Source: an uncultured Phycisphaerales bacterium (GTDB lineage Bacteria > Planctomycetota > Phycisphaerae > Sedimentisphaerales > Anaerobacaceae). From it: DNA of 64,000 bases. Below, piece by piece: positions 17,162-24,711 of the stretch. Each line of letters starts with the position of its first letter. The first letter of the stretch is position 1. A model generated the notes under the pieces. It saw only the letters and a program-made list of their open reading frames with translations. It was not told where the DNA came from and made no database searches. The stretch is from assembly GCA_963718665.1 (NCBI GenBank), contig OY970359.1, positions 1,152,001 through 1,216,000 on the forward strand. Reading direction: 5' to 3'. The position numbers and the translations under genes were made by a program.

Positions 17162-18422
17162 AATTTTTGAAATAGCCCGACGAGAATATATTGATACCGT
17201 CAAAACCAAGACGTTTTTGATTAGCCTGCTGTTTACACCTGTTCTTATCGTAGGCATCGGTTTTTTCACGAGCAGAATTTCCCAGGTTGAGGGCGGCCGA
17301 CCTCCAGTCAAAGTGGTTGTAACGGACCTGACCACACAACTGGCGAGCCAAATAGAAGAAGCGATGAGCAAACATAACCAGTCAAATCCCAAAAGACAGA
17401 TTGTTTTTGAGTCGCTGCCGGCCCAGAACGATATTAACGCGGTCGAAGAACAAGGCAGAGAACAACTTCGTTCTGGTAAGGCCGAGGCCTATATCGTTAT
17501 TGACCAGAATACAATCGACGGCGCGGGCAGGACACATGTTTATACCTACAAATCGAAACCGACTATGATGGACGCAACATGGGCCGTCGAAGAATTTATC
17601 CGTAACGCCGTAGTTGCGCAGAGGTGCAAGGTTCAGAACGTTTCTCAAAAGCTTCTCGATGAGATTCGTAATGTTTCAATAGAGCAGGTCGAGATTGGGT
17701 CCGGTGCCAACGAGCAGCATGTGCAAAGCCAAGGTCAAACTACGGTCAAGATGATGGTCCCGTTCTTTTTCATGTTTATGATATACATGGGAATCATCGG
17801 CATAGGCCAGCAGATGCTGAGCAGCGTAATCGAGGAGAAAAATTCGAGGATTATCGAGATGCTGCTTTCGGCGGTTAGCCCGTTTGAGCTTATGGCGGGA
17901 AAGATTCTGGGGCTGGGCGCGATAGGCCTGACAATTATTGGCCTGTGGACAGCGGTGTCTTATGGCCCGATTCTGTGGCAGGGCATCAGCGTAGATATCA
18001 CCGGTAAGCTACTGTTTTGTTTTGTGGTTTATTATATTCTCGGGTTCCTTTTCTTCAGCGCACTGCTGGCGGCGATTGGCTCGGTTTGCAATACGCTAAA
18101 GGAAACACAGGAGTTTATGAGGCCCGTTGTTTTAATCCTGATATTTCCGATGATAGCGTGGTTCAAGCTCGTTCAAAGTCCCGACGGCGTTTTTGCCAGG
18201 GTGCTGTCGCTGGTTCCGCCAATATCGCCTTTGGTAATGCCTTTGCGGATTTCCGCGGGCTCAAACGTGAGCAATTTTGAGATTCTCGCTTCGATTGTTT
18301 TGCTGGTCGTGGCGGTATTTCTAATGATATGGCTGGCGGGCAAAATTTTCAGAACGGGCATCCTGATGTATGGCAAACGTCCTTCGCTGCGTGAAATATA
18401 CCGCTGGCTAAGGGCTTCTTAA
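17154..18422 (+). CDS. ABC-2 type transporter permease (NatB-like)
   Basis: IARREY..TVKTKTF, VIEEKNSRIIEMLLS, LMAGKILG, IFRTGILMYGK; overlaps the ATPase stop. Confidence 0.92.
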   Translation: MRKIFEIARREYIDTVKTKTFLISLLFTPVLIVGIGFFTSRISQVEGGRPPVKVVVTDLTTQLASQIEEAMSKHNQSNPKRQIVFESLPAQNDINAVEEQGREQLRSGKAEAYIVIDQNTIDGAGRTHVYTYKSKPTMMDATWAVEEFIRNAVVAQRCKVQNVSQKLLDEIRNVSIEQVEIGSGANEQHVQSQGQTTVKMMVPFFFMFMIYMGIIGIGQQMLSSVIEEKNSRIIEMLLSAVSPFELMAGKILGLGAIGLTIIGLWTAVSYGPILWQGISVDITGKLLFCFVVYYILGFLFFSALLAAIGSVCNTLKETQEFMRPVVLILIFPMIAWFKLVQSPDGVFARVLSLVPPISPLVMPLRISAGSNVSNFEILASIVLLVVAVFLMIWLAGKIFRTGILMYGKRPSLREIYRWLRAS

Positions 18423-18453
18423 ACCGATAGCCCGCGAAAATGCAATTCCTCAT

Positions 18454-19203
18454 TTATATTTGTTTAACCGTTACATCGGGGCCACGGATGTAATTTGGTA
18501 TCAGGGTAAGCGGGTCGGCAAAATCTCCGAGTTGGGCTTTATGCAAGCCAAGTTTGTGAACATTCGCGGCGGAGGGATTCCAGAATTTTTCATCAAGCAC
18601 GCGGACGCTTTTATGAACGAATTTGTCTTTGTAGAAAACTAATCCTTCGCCAGTCAACATTATTGGTCTATCCGTGAACTGGGCGATAAATGCTTCCGCG
18701 GTTATCAGACAATCTGGAAAAATCTTGTGCCATATTGCGTCCTGGGTCTTTTCATAAACGGCGATAAAAAACTGGCCTCGTTTTGCGTCGAGGATTGTTG
18801 CCAAACGCTCGTTTGGCAACAACAGCGTACAGCGTACAGCGTTCGGCGTACAGGCAAGGTTAATCACATTGGCGGCGATACAATCGAGCGTATCGACGGC
18901 TACGATTTTAGAGTTATTGGCCAAAGCGAGCGTTTTTGCGAATGTTACGGCGATGCGCAGGCCCGTGAAGCTACCGGGACCTGCGGAGATATAGACGTGT
19001 TCGATTTGCTCCGGCTTTTTGTTAAATCTGCTCAATAAGCCGGTAATAGCGGGGAAAATTTCCGCGCTGTGGCGCATGGGGCCGGAGAAACACGTTTCCG
19101 CCAGGAGCTTATCGCCCTGTGCGAGCGCGACCGAACCTAATCGGCCGCTGGTCTCGACGGCCAGTATGAGAGGATTATCGAAATTGCCCGTATTTGTCGC
19201 CAT
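18454..19203 (-). CDS. tsaB: tRNA t6A37 biosynthesis protein TsaB
   Basis: ILAVETSG, HSAEIFPAI, GPGSFTGLRI, LDAKRGQ, LIPNYIR. Confidence 0.92.
   Translation of the reverse strand: MATNTGNFDNPLILAVETSGRLGSVALAQGDKLLAETCFSGPMRHSAEIFPAITGLLSRFNKKPEQIEHVYISAGPGSFTGLRIAVTFAKTLALANNSKIVAVDTLDCIAANVINLACTPNAVRCTLLLPNERLATILDAKRGQFFIAVYEKTQDAIWHKIFPDCLITAEAFIAQFTDRPIMLTGEGLVFYKDKFVHKSVRVLDEKFWNPSAANVHKLGLHKAQLGDFADPLTLIPNYIRGPDVTVKQI
18795..18853. repeat. Perfect 13-bp inverted repeat plus (ACAGCGT)n heptamer array inside tsaB
   Basis: TTGTTGCCAAACG-CT-CGTTTGGCAACAA (18795-18822), then ACAGCGT x3, TCGGCGT, ACAG (18822-18853). Confidence 0.7.
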
Positions 19204-19305
19204 TATGGTTCTACTCCCTTAATTCGGAAGAATAATCAGATGAGATAATACCCTCCGGACAAACATTGGGCAACCCTTCCGACAGGCGGCAAATCAAAAT
19301 CGGTT

Positions 19306-19340
19306 AAAAAAACAGGCCCGGAGGTTATTCTCCGGGCCTG
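19306..19340 (-). terminator. Rho-independent terminator of 19411-19884
   Basis: 11-bp stem CAGGCCCGGAG/CTCCGGGCCTG with A7 at 19306-19312. Confidence 0.85.
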
Positions 19341-19410
19341 AAATTCATCAAGAATACTGTTTTTTCACTAAGACCGTCTCATTACTTAATGATGGCGGGA
19401 TATCGTGAAA

Positions 19411-19884
19411 TTATTTCTTCTTACTGTTAGCATCCGCTGGTTTGTTCGGTTCGCAACTGTTCACATCTTTTGCGAGATCAATTGCGCAAAGCTTGCTCTT
19501 GTTCGGCTCAGCGGGCTTATTCGCATCGGCTGGCTTGTTCGGCTCGACATTTCTAGCTAAGGTGCCGAAATCGCTTGCGCTGATGATGGTTGCCTTGTTC
19601 GGCTCAGCCGGTTTCTTGGGCTCAACGCTGTTCGGGTCTTTCTTATGATGATGACCCTTCTTGCCTTTTTCACCGGGCTTATTGGCATCGGCAGCGTATG
19701 TGCCGAAATCGCTTGCGCTGATGATGGTGGTCTTATTCGGCTTAGCCGGCTTGTTTGCATCGGCGGGCTTATTGACATCACCTGGTTTATTGGCGTCAAC
19801 TTTCGCCGCAAGGCAGTTTGTCGCAGCAAAAGCGACAGTTACGACTGCCAGTACTACTAATAGTGTTCTTGTATTCATTCCCAT
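19411..19884 (-). CDS. Secreted repeat protein rich in (D/E)-x-N-K-P units
   Basis: Signal peptide; 12 (D/E)xN motifs; TIISASDFGT twice (exact 29-nt repeat at 19562-19590 and 19700-19728); RBS AAGGA. Confidence 0.8.
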   Translation of the reverse strand: MGMNTRTLLVVLAVVTVAFAATNCLAAKVDANKPGDVNKPADANKPAKPNKTTIISASDFGTYAADANKPGEKGKKGHHHKKDPNSVEPKKPAEPNKATIISASDFGTLARNVEPNKPADANKPAEPNKSKLCAIDLAKDVNSCEPNKPADANSKKK

Positions 19885-20321
19885 ATCATCCTTAAAAATC
19901 TTGAGTAAAGTTCAGCCCGAATTGGCCAAGACACGTCCGGAAATTATATGCTTTTCCCTGGCAGGAGCAATAAAAATCTGAAAATTTCCGGCATTTTTTC
20001 TTATAGCCGGTAGAAAGGTGGGCGAACCTGCATTTTTAAGCTAAAAACGCGGTTTTGACTGATATAGTAGGAAACAGAAGTTAAAACTAAATAACCAGTA
20101 AATCGCCGAAAAATAATCCATATTGACTGCCGGAAAGTAACAGGACCTTAAAATAATTCGATTGTGAAGCGATGTGGGCGCATTATAATTCACGGGCCAG
20201 GGAAGGTTACAAAAGAGCTTAAAAACAAGAGATTTTTAAGTAAGGGATGGCAAATTATGAACACCCAAACCTTACTGGATTGCATTCTCGCTGTGTCGCG
20301 GGCTGGTGTCCTGTGTCTTAA

Positions 20322-20352
20322 CTGTACGCTGAACGCTGCTCGCTGTACGCTA
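20322..20352 (+). repeat. (CTGTACG)-like heptamer array, left flank of the AT-rich island
   Basis: CTGTACG CTGAACG CTGCTCG CTGTACG CTA. Confidence 0.65.
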
Positions 20353-20471
20353 CCCCCCCGCTGCCTGCTACGCAGGATATAATTGACGAAAGGCGGGGTT
20401 TGGGGTTGTTTTATTGTTAATAGTCAGTAAGATAAAGAAAAACAATAGTTTATGGTATGGAGACCGGATAA

Positions 20472-21614
20472 ATGATTACAGATACTCATAAAACTCCGAA
20501 AAAATCTCTCTTTGGAGAAGTTGCGGTCAATCGAACCGACAAGCCTTTGTTTGTGAACAAGACAAAGTTTATAGAAGCAATTCGACTATTCAAAGAGCAA
20601 GACAATCTTTCGAAACTTAGATATGCGGTATTGGATTTGCAAAGTAATCTAAACAGCGTGAAAGACGACAAGATAGGCGTTCTAAACATACACAGCAATG
20701 GAGACACAATCCAGGTTAGTCAGAGGCACCTGCTTGATCAGCTTGACCAAATCGCGGATTCGCAGACATTGGAGCGTGCAAAGTACTATACTGAGCGTCT
20801 TGAAAAAGCCATGACCGAAATCCGAACTAATAACATCAATGACATAAATCTTACGCGATGGAAAGAGTACGAAGACATCTGGACAGACAGTCTTTGGATG
20901 ATTGAAAAACGGGACAGTACGGGCGTTCATACGGCAGGGTATTGGGGCAACTTCATACCGCAAATTCCTAACCAGATGTTGAAGCGATACACCAAAAAAG
21001 GTGAATGGGTATTGGATCCTTTTGTTGGCTGTGGAACAACGTTGATTGAGAGCCAAAGATTAGGAAGAAACGGAATTGGCATAGAACTACAGGAAAGTGT
21101 GGCTAAAAGAGCAAGAGAACTGATTGGTTCAGAACCAAACAAGAACAGTGTCGTCGCCGAAGTTGTGACCGGTGACAGTACCGAACTGGATTATGCGGAA
21201 ACGCTTAGAAAAGTAGGGCAAAAATCCGTCCAAATGGTGATTATGCATCCGCCTTACTTCGATATTATCAAATTCAGCAAAGACCCCAGAGACCTATCGA
21301 ACACACCATCGGTTGAATCGTTTTTAAACAAAATGAACATGGTAGTTGAGGGAGCTGGCAAAATTTTAGACAAGGGACGGTATCTTGTTCTCGTGATTGG
21401 AGACAAGTATTCACGCGGTGAATGGATCCCGCTAGGATTCTTGACAATGCAAGAGGTTCTAAAAAAAGGATTTATGCTAAGAAGTATAATCGTAAAGAAT
21501 TTCGAGGAAACAACCGGTAAAAGAAATCAGAAGGAGCTCTGGCGATACAGAGCATTAGTCGGTGGATTCTACATTTTCAAACATGAGTACATATTTGTCT
21601 TTAAAAAGAAATAA
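20472..21614 (+). CDS. DNA amino-methyltransferase (N4-C/N6-A type)
   Basis: Motif X GNFIPQIP, motif I VLDPFVGCGTT, then motif IV variant IMHPPY; ~120-aa N-terminal extension. Confidence 0.85.
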   Translation: MITDTHKTPKKSLFGEVAVNRTDKPLFVNKTKFIEAIRLFKEQDNLSKLRYAVLDLQSNLNSVKDDKIGVLNIHSNGDTIQVSQRHLLDQLDQIADSQTLERAKYYTERLEKAMTEIRTNNINDINLTRWKEYEDIWTDSLWMIEKRDSTGVHTAGYWGNFIPQIPNQMLKRYTKKGEWVLDPFVGCGTTLIESQRLGRNGIGIELQESVAKRARELIGSEPNKNSVVAEVVTGDSTELDYAETLRKVGQKSVQMVIMHPPYFDIIKFSKDPRDLSNTPSVESFLNKMNMVVEGAGKILDKGRYLVLVIGDKYSRGEWIPLGFLTMQEVLKKGFMLRSIIVKNFEETTGKRNQKELWRYRALVGGFYIFKHEYIFVFKKK

Positions 21615-21616
21615 GA

Positions 21617-22777
21617 ATGGCAGCAACTCACATTCTGACTGTTAATGCGCAGACGTTTAATGTTCACTTGAACTACATGTTTGCCGGTACTGGCAAGGAT
21701 AATGCCGAACATCAAGGTGGGGCACTGGCAGACATACTGGCCGTCCGTCCAAATGACAATATTGTATTTTATGTAATCGGTTACGGGTTTTACGGTTTTT
21801 TCAAAGTGAAATCTAAAAGTGGCCCGCTTGTTTTCTATGAGCACCCGAGAAATCAATACTTGAATAATGAATTGGCCCACAAAACGTTAACATACCGTTT
21901 TTTTATTGAGCCAAATCCGGCCGGAGTATACAAGAAAGGGGTCAATGAATGGGATGCTCTCGAAAATCCAGATAAAATATTAGATCAGAAAATCTATAAT
22001 ATGCAATGGTCTTGGATATTTAAGAAGTTAAAGGCCAATAGGGGGTGCGTTTCCATTCCTGAAGAGGAGTACCAACTTTTAAAGCAAATTATTGCAGTAA
22101 ACAATGAGATGCTCCCTTTTTCTAACCAGTTCCAATTTTCTAATGGGACTATCTCCCCATGCCATGAGATTTATAGGTACGAGGGAAACACCAATGTTAG
22201 CCCTCAACTTCGTGACGAACCTAACATGATTATAAAAGAAGAGGACTTGCGTATCTTCTTTTGTGCCAATGCTGGCCGTGATAGAATTCTAGATGAAATT
22301 TTACGTCCCAATGTTTATGGAATCGTAAAATTTATTGCCAATGAAGCAACCTGTTCTTTTGGCGAGAAACGTATTGATTTACTTTTTATTACAGACCAAA
22401 ATAAATGTCTTCTAATAGAACTAAAAAATAACTTCGATTTCGGAAAATCTTTTCTTGGCCAGATAGCTGGTTACGCTCGTTGGATTGCGTCATATAAAAG
22501 GCATTTGACTGATATATTGCCAGTATTTGTTTTGCCAGAACCTAGACCTTATCCCGAGAAAGGACATGGGGTTAAATTTAAATATCTTTCCCGAGAAGAT
22601 TATGACCAAGGAGTCTTTTCGCCATGGTATAAAGAGCAGATTGAACGCTGCCAGAATTTGAGGACAGAACTTCACCAAAAAAATATCCCGAAACTTACTG
22701 ATCTCCAGGTTGCTCTTTTTCGCAGGAACCCTAAAGGTATCTTACAGGGATTCACTTATCTTGACCCAGTTCTTTAG
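21617..22777 (+). CDS. PUA/EVE/YTH-like N-domain fused to a PD-(D/E)xK (NucS-like) nuclease; putative modification-dependent restriction endonuclease
   Basis: ADILAVRPNDNIVFY..GFYGFFKV..YRFFIEP..GCVSIPEEEY (PUA-like); EEDLR..NE..RIDLL..LLIELK..GQIAGY (nuclease). Confidence 0.65.
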   Translation: MAATHILTVNAQTFNVHLNYMFAGTGKDNAEHQGGALADILAVRPNDNIVFYVIGYGFYGFFKVKSKSGPLVFYEHPRNQYLNNELAHKTLTYRFFIEPNPAGVYKKGVNEWDALENPDKILDQKIYNMQWSWIFKKLKANRGCVSIPEEEYQLLKQIIAVNNEMLPFSNQFQFSNGTISPCHEIYRYEGNTNVSPQLRDEPNMIIKEEDLRIFFCANAGRDRILDEILRPNVYGIVKFIANEATCSFGEKRIDLLFITDQNKCLLIELKNNFDFGKSFLGQIAGYARWIASYKRHLTDILPVFVLPEPRPYPEKGHGVKFKYLSREDYDQGVFSPWYKEQIERCQNLRTELHQKNIPKLTDLQVALFRRNPKGILQGFTYLDPVL

Positions 22778-22806
22778 AATCAATAATATTGTATTTTGGA
22801 GAAATA

Positions 22807-23460
22807 ATGACAACACATCCATTCAATGAAGGGACAAAATTAGCCCAAGTGTTTACCATTTTAGCGGATGGGAAATGGCACTGCGGAAAACACGAATTGC
22901 CCGGCACGCAACCTGCAAAAGCAATTCAGATTATTCGGCAACACGGATTTTCCATTGAGAACAAAACAATTCTCTGTTCGACCTGCAAAGACAAAACAGT
23001 TCATCGTAGATTAGTATCAACAGAGCCCACTAACCAGTCATTTGTTAGGCAGCAGTTTCCGGCCCAGCTTAGAAAACGAATCTTACAGCATTACAATAAT
23101 ATCGAAGCAATTACATTGCGAGAAATGATACCTAACGAACTTGAAGTAGATCACAGATTTCCACAAGTCAGGTGGTCAAAAAACGAAACGTTTGATCCTG
23201 ACATGTCTGATAGCCAACTTCACAATAAATTTCAACTGTTGACACGTCAACACAATCTTTGGAAAAGCCGTTATTGTGAACATTGTGCGCAAACCGGAGA
23301 GCGAGGCACGTTTATCGGGATTAATTTCTTCGCTGTTGGTGGCCCAAAGTGGGATTCGCAGTATCCGACAGATGATGAGCGAGGATGCTATGGCTGTTTC
23401 TGGTATAACCCTGACGTTTGGCGAAAAGAACTAAACGTGCTTGTAGAGAAACGAAGATAA
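22807..23460 (+). CDS. HNH (beta-beta-alpha-Me) zinc-binding endonuclease, type II restriction enzyme-like
   Basis: LEVDHRFPQVRW...FQLL...HNLWKSRYCEHC...GCYGCFWY; additional CxxC and WHCGKH; ATG 22807 with GGAGA RBS. Confidence 0.7.
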   Translation: MTTHPFNEGTKLAQVFTILADGKWHCGKHELPGTQPAKAIQIIRQHGFSIENKTILCSTCKDKTVHRRLVSTEPTNQSFVRQQFPAQLRKRILQHYNNIEAITLREMIPNELEVDHRFPQVRWSKNETFDPDMSDSQLHNKFQLLTRQHNLWKSRYCEHCAQTGERGTFIGINFFAVGGPKWDSQYPTDDERGCYGCFWYNPDVWRKELNVLVEKRR

Positions 23461-23860
23461 AATTCCCCAAAAGTGACTGACGGCCTATTTTGTAAACGCA
23501 AATAAATCGGCAGAACAGGCGTTATGGGCACATTAAAAACAGCGTTCTCTGCGTAATCTGCGTCTAAAAATTCTCTATGGCAAAACAATGTTAATCTGGG
23601 CAACTTAATCAGCCGTTTTTTCTAAATTACCCATATCCCCAAAAAAATCTGGCGACTTTTGAAATATTTTTATTCCTTACAGCATAAGGGCTTATCGACT
23701 TTTGGGGCGAGCAAGGTTGTTTCGTAACTACTTAAAATGCACGAAAGTTTACCCTATATATAGAGGGGCGCATTGGCGACCCGAAGACAATTGCCCGATG
23801 TCGGAGGACGAGCCAATCTGTCATCTGTCCTCCGTCATCAGAATTTTGGGGGAGAGTATT

Positions 23861-24469
23861 ATGACTACTATCCAAATCAAAGTTCCAAACTGGCTCGACT
23901 TTATTATCACCTGTCCACTGCTCGCCTATCGCCTGTTCCATTACGGCGAGGTCTTTCGCAGGATTTACTTGGACGAAGGGTTATGGGCCATCGTGAATTT
24001 AAAAGATTACTACCGTTTTAGTTGTTTCAAATGGTGTATCGACGGTAAAAATGGCAGTTTCTATGCTGTAAGGGGAAAAAGAATCGACAAAGACAACGCC
24101 AAAATAGTGCGTTTGCACAGGGAGATTATGGATGCGCCCGATGGGCTTTTCGTTGACCATTTCAATCATAATGGCTTAGACAATCGCAGGAGCAATCTTC
24201 GACTCGCGACGCGAGAGCAGAATAACCGTAACTGCAGAAAACGCAAAGGATGCTCGTCGAAATTCAAAGGGGTGTGCCTTCCTAAAAATTCACGCGGAAC
24301 AAAACCCTGGCGCGGCTACATAAAAACCAACGGGCGGCGAATATCATTAGGGTATTTTGCGACGGAAATCGAAGCCGCAAAGGCGTACGATGCCGCAGCA
24401 AGAATGTATCATAAGGAATTTGCCCGCCTCAATTTTCCGGAGGAAAATTCACTGTCCGCTATACGCTGA
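23861..24469 (+). CDS. HNH-AP2 domain (homing) endonuclease
   Basis: RLHREIM..VDHFNHNGLDNRRSNLRLAT (HNH); SKFKGV..WRGYI..LGYFATEIEAAKAYDAAA..EFARLNF (AP2); RBS GGAGAG. Confidence 0.9.
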   Translation: MTTIQIKVPNWLDFIITCPLLAYRLFHYGEVFRRIYLDEGLWAIVNLKDYYRFSCFKWCIDGKNGSFYAVRGKRIDKDNAKIVRLHREIMDAPDGLFVDHFNHNGLDNRRSNLRLATREQNNRNCRKRKGCSSKFKGVCLPKNSRGTKPWRGYIKTNGRRISLGYFATEIEAAKAYDAAARMYHKEFARLNFPEENSLSAIR

Positions 24470-24485
24470 ACGCTGTCCGCTGTAT
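24452..24485 (+). repeat. Heptamer array, right flank of the island; supplies the HNH-AP2 stop codon
   Basis: CTGTCCG CTATACG CTGAACG CTGTCCG CTGTAT; same orientation as 20322-20352. Confidence 0.65.
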
Positions 24486-24636
24486 ATACCACGGCGAGTT
24501 CGCCCGGCTGAATTTTGCGGATTAGCGCTTCGATATTTTCTTGACAATTGGGGGGTTGTGGCTTTATTTGTCGTTTTCTTTCAAACATTTTACCGATAGT
24601 GTCAATAAGATATGTTATTTAAGACCCTGCGTAAAA

Positions 24637-24682
24637 CGCCCGCCTCGCCGCGTAGCGGCGGGCGAGGTCTCGCCAGAGGCGG
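24637..24682. repeat. GC-rich palindromic element in the topA leader
   Basis: CGCCCGCCTCGCCGCGTAGCGGCGGGCGAGGTCTCGCCAGAGGCGG can fold into nested hairpins. Confidence 0.4.
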
Positions 24683-24711
24683 ACGGAGAACGCAGAGAAA
24701 AACGAATATAT

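Noticed and set aside
19562..19728. 29-nt exact direct repeat as a mini-CRISPR
   Set aside because: Only two copies, 138 nt apart, in frame within a coding repeat protein, and no cas genes
20164..20382. 72-aa ORF upstream of the methyltransferase (possible controller protein)
   Set aside because: No HTH pattern, and its C-terminal half is the translated heptamer array
23702..23860. N-terminal extension of the HNH-AP2 ORF
   Set aside because: It translates heptamer and hairpin DNA; a good RBS precedes ATG 23861
24541..24711. 57-aa N-terminal extension of TopA
   Set aside because: The TTG start coincides with a TTGACA box and the extension runs through a GC palindrome; the family N-terminus begins at ATG 24712
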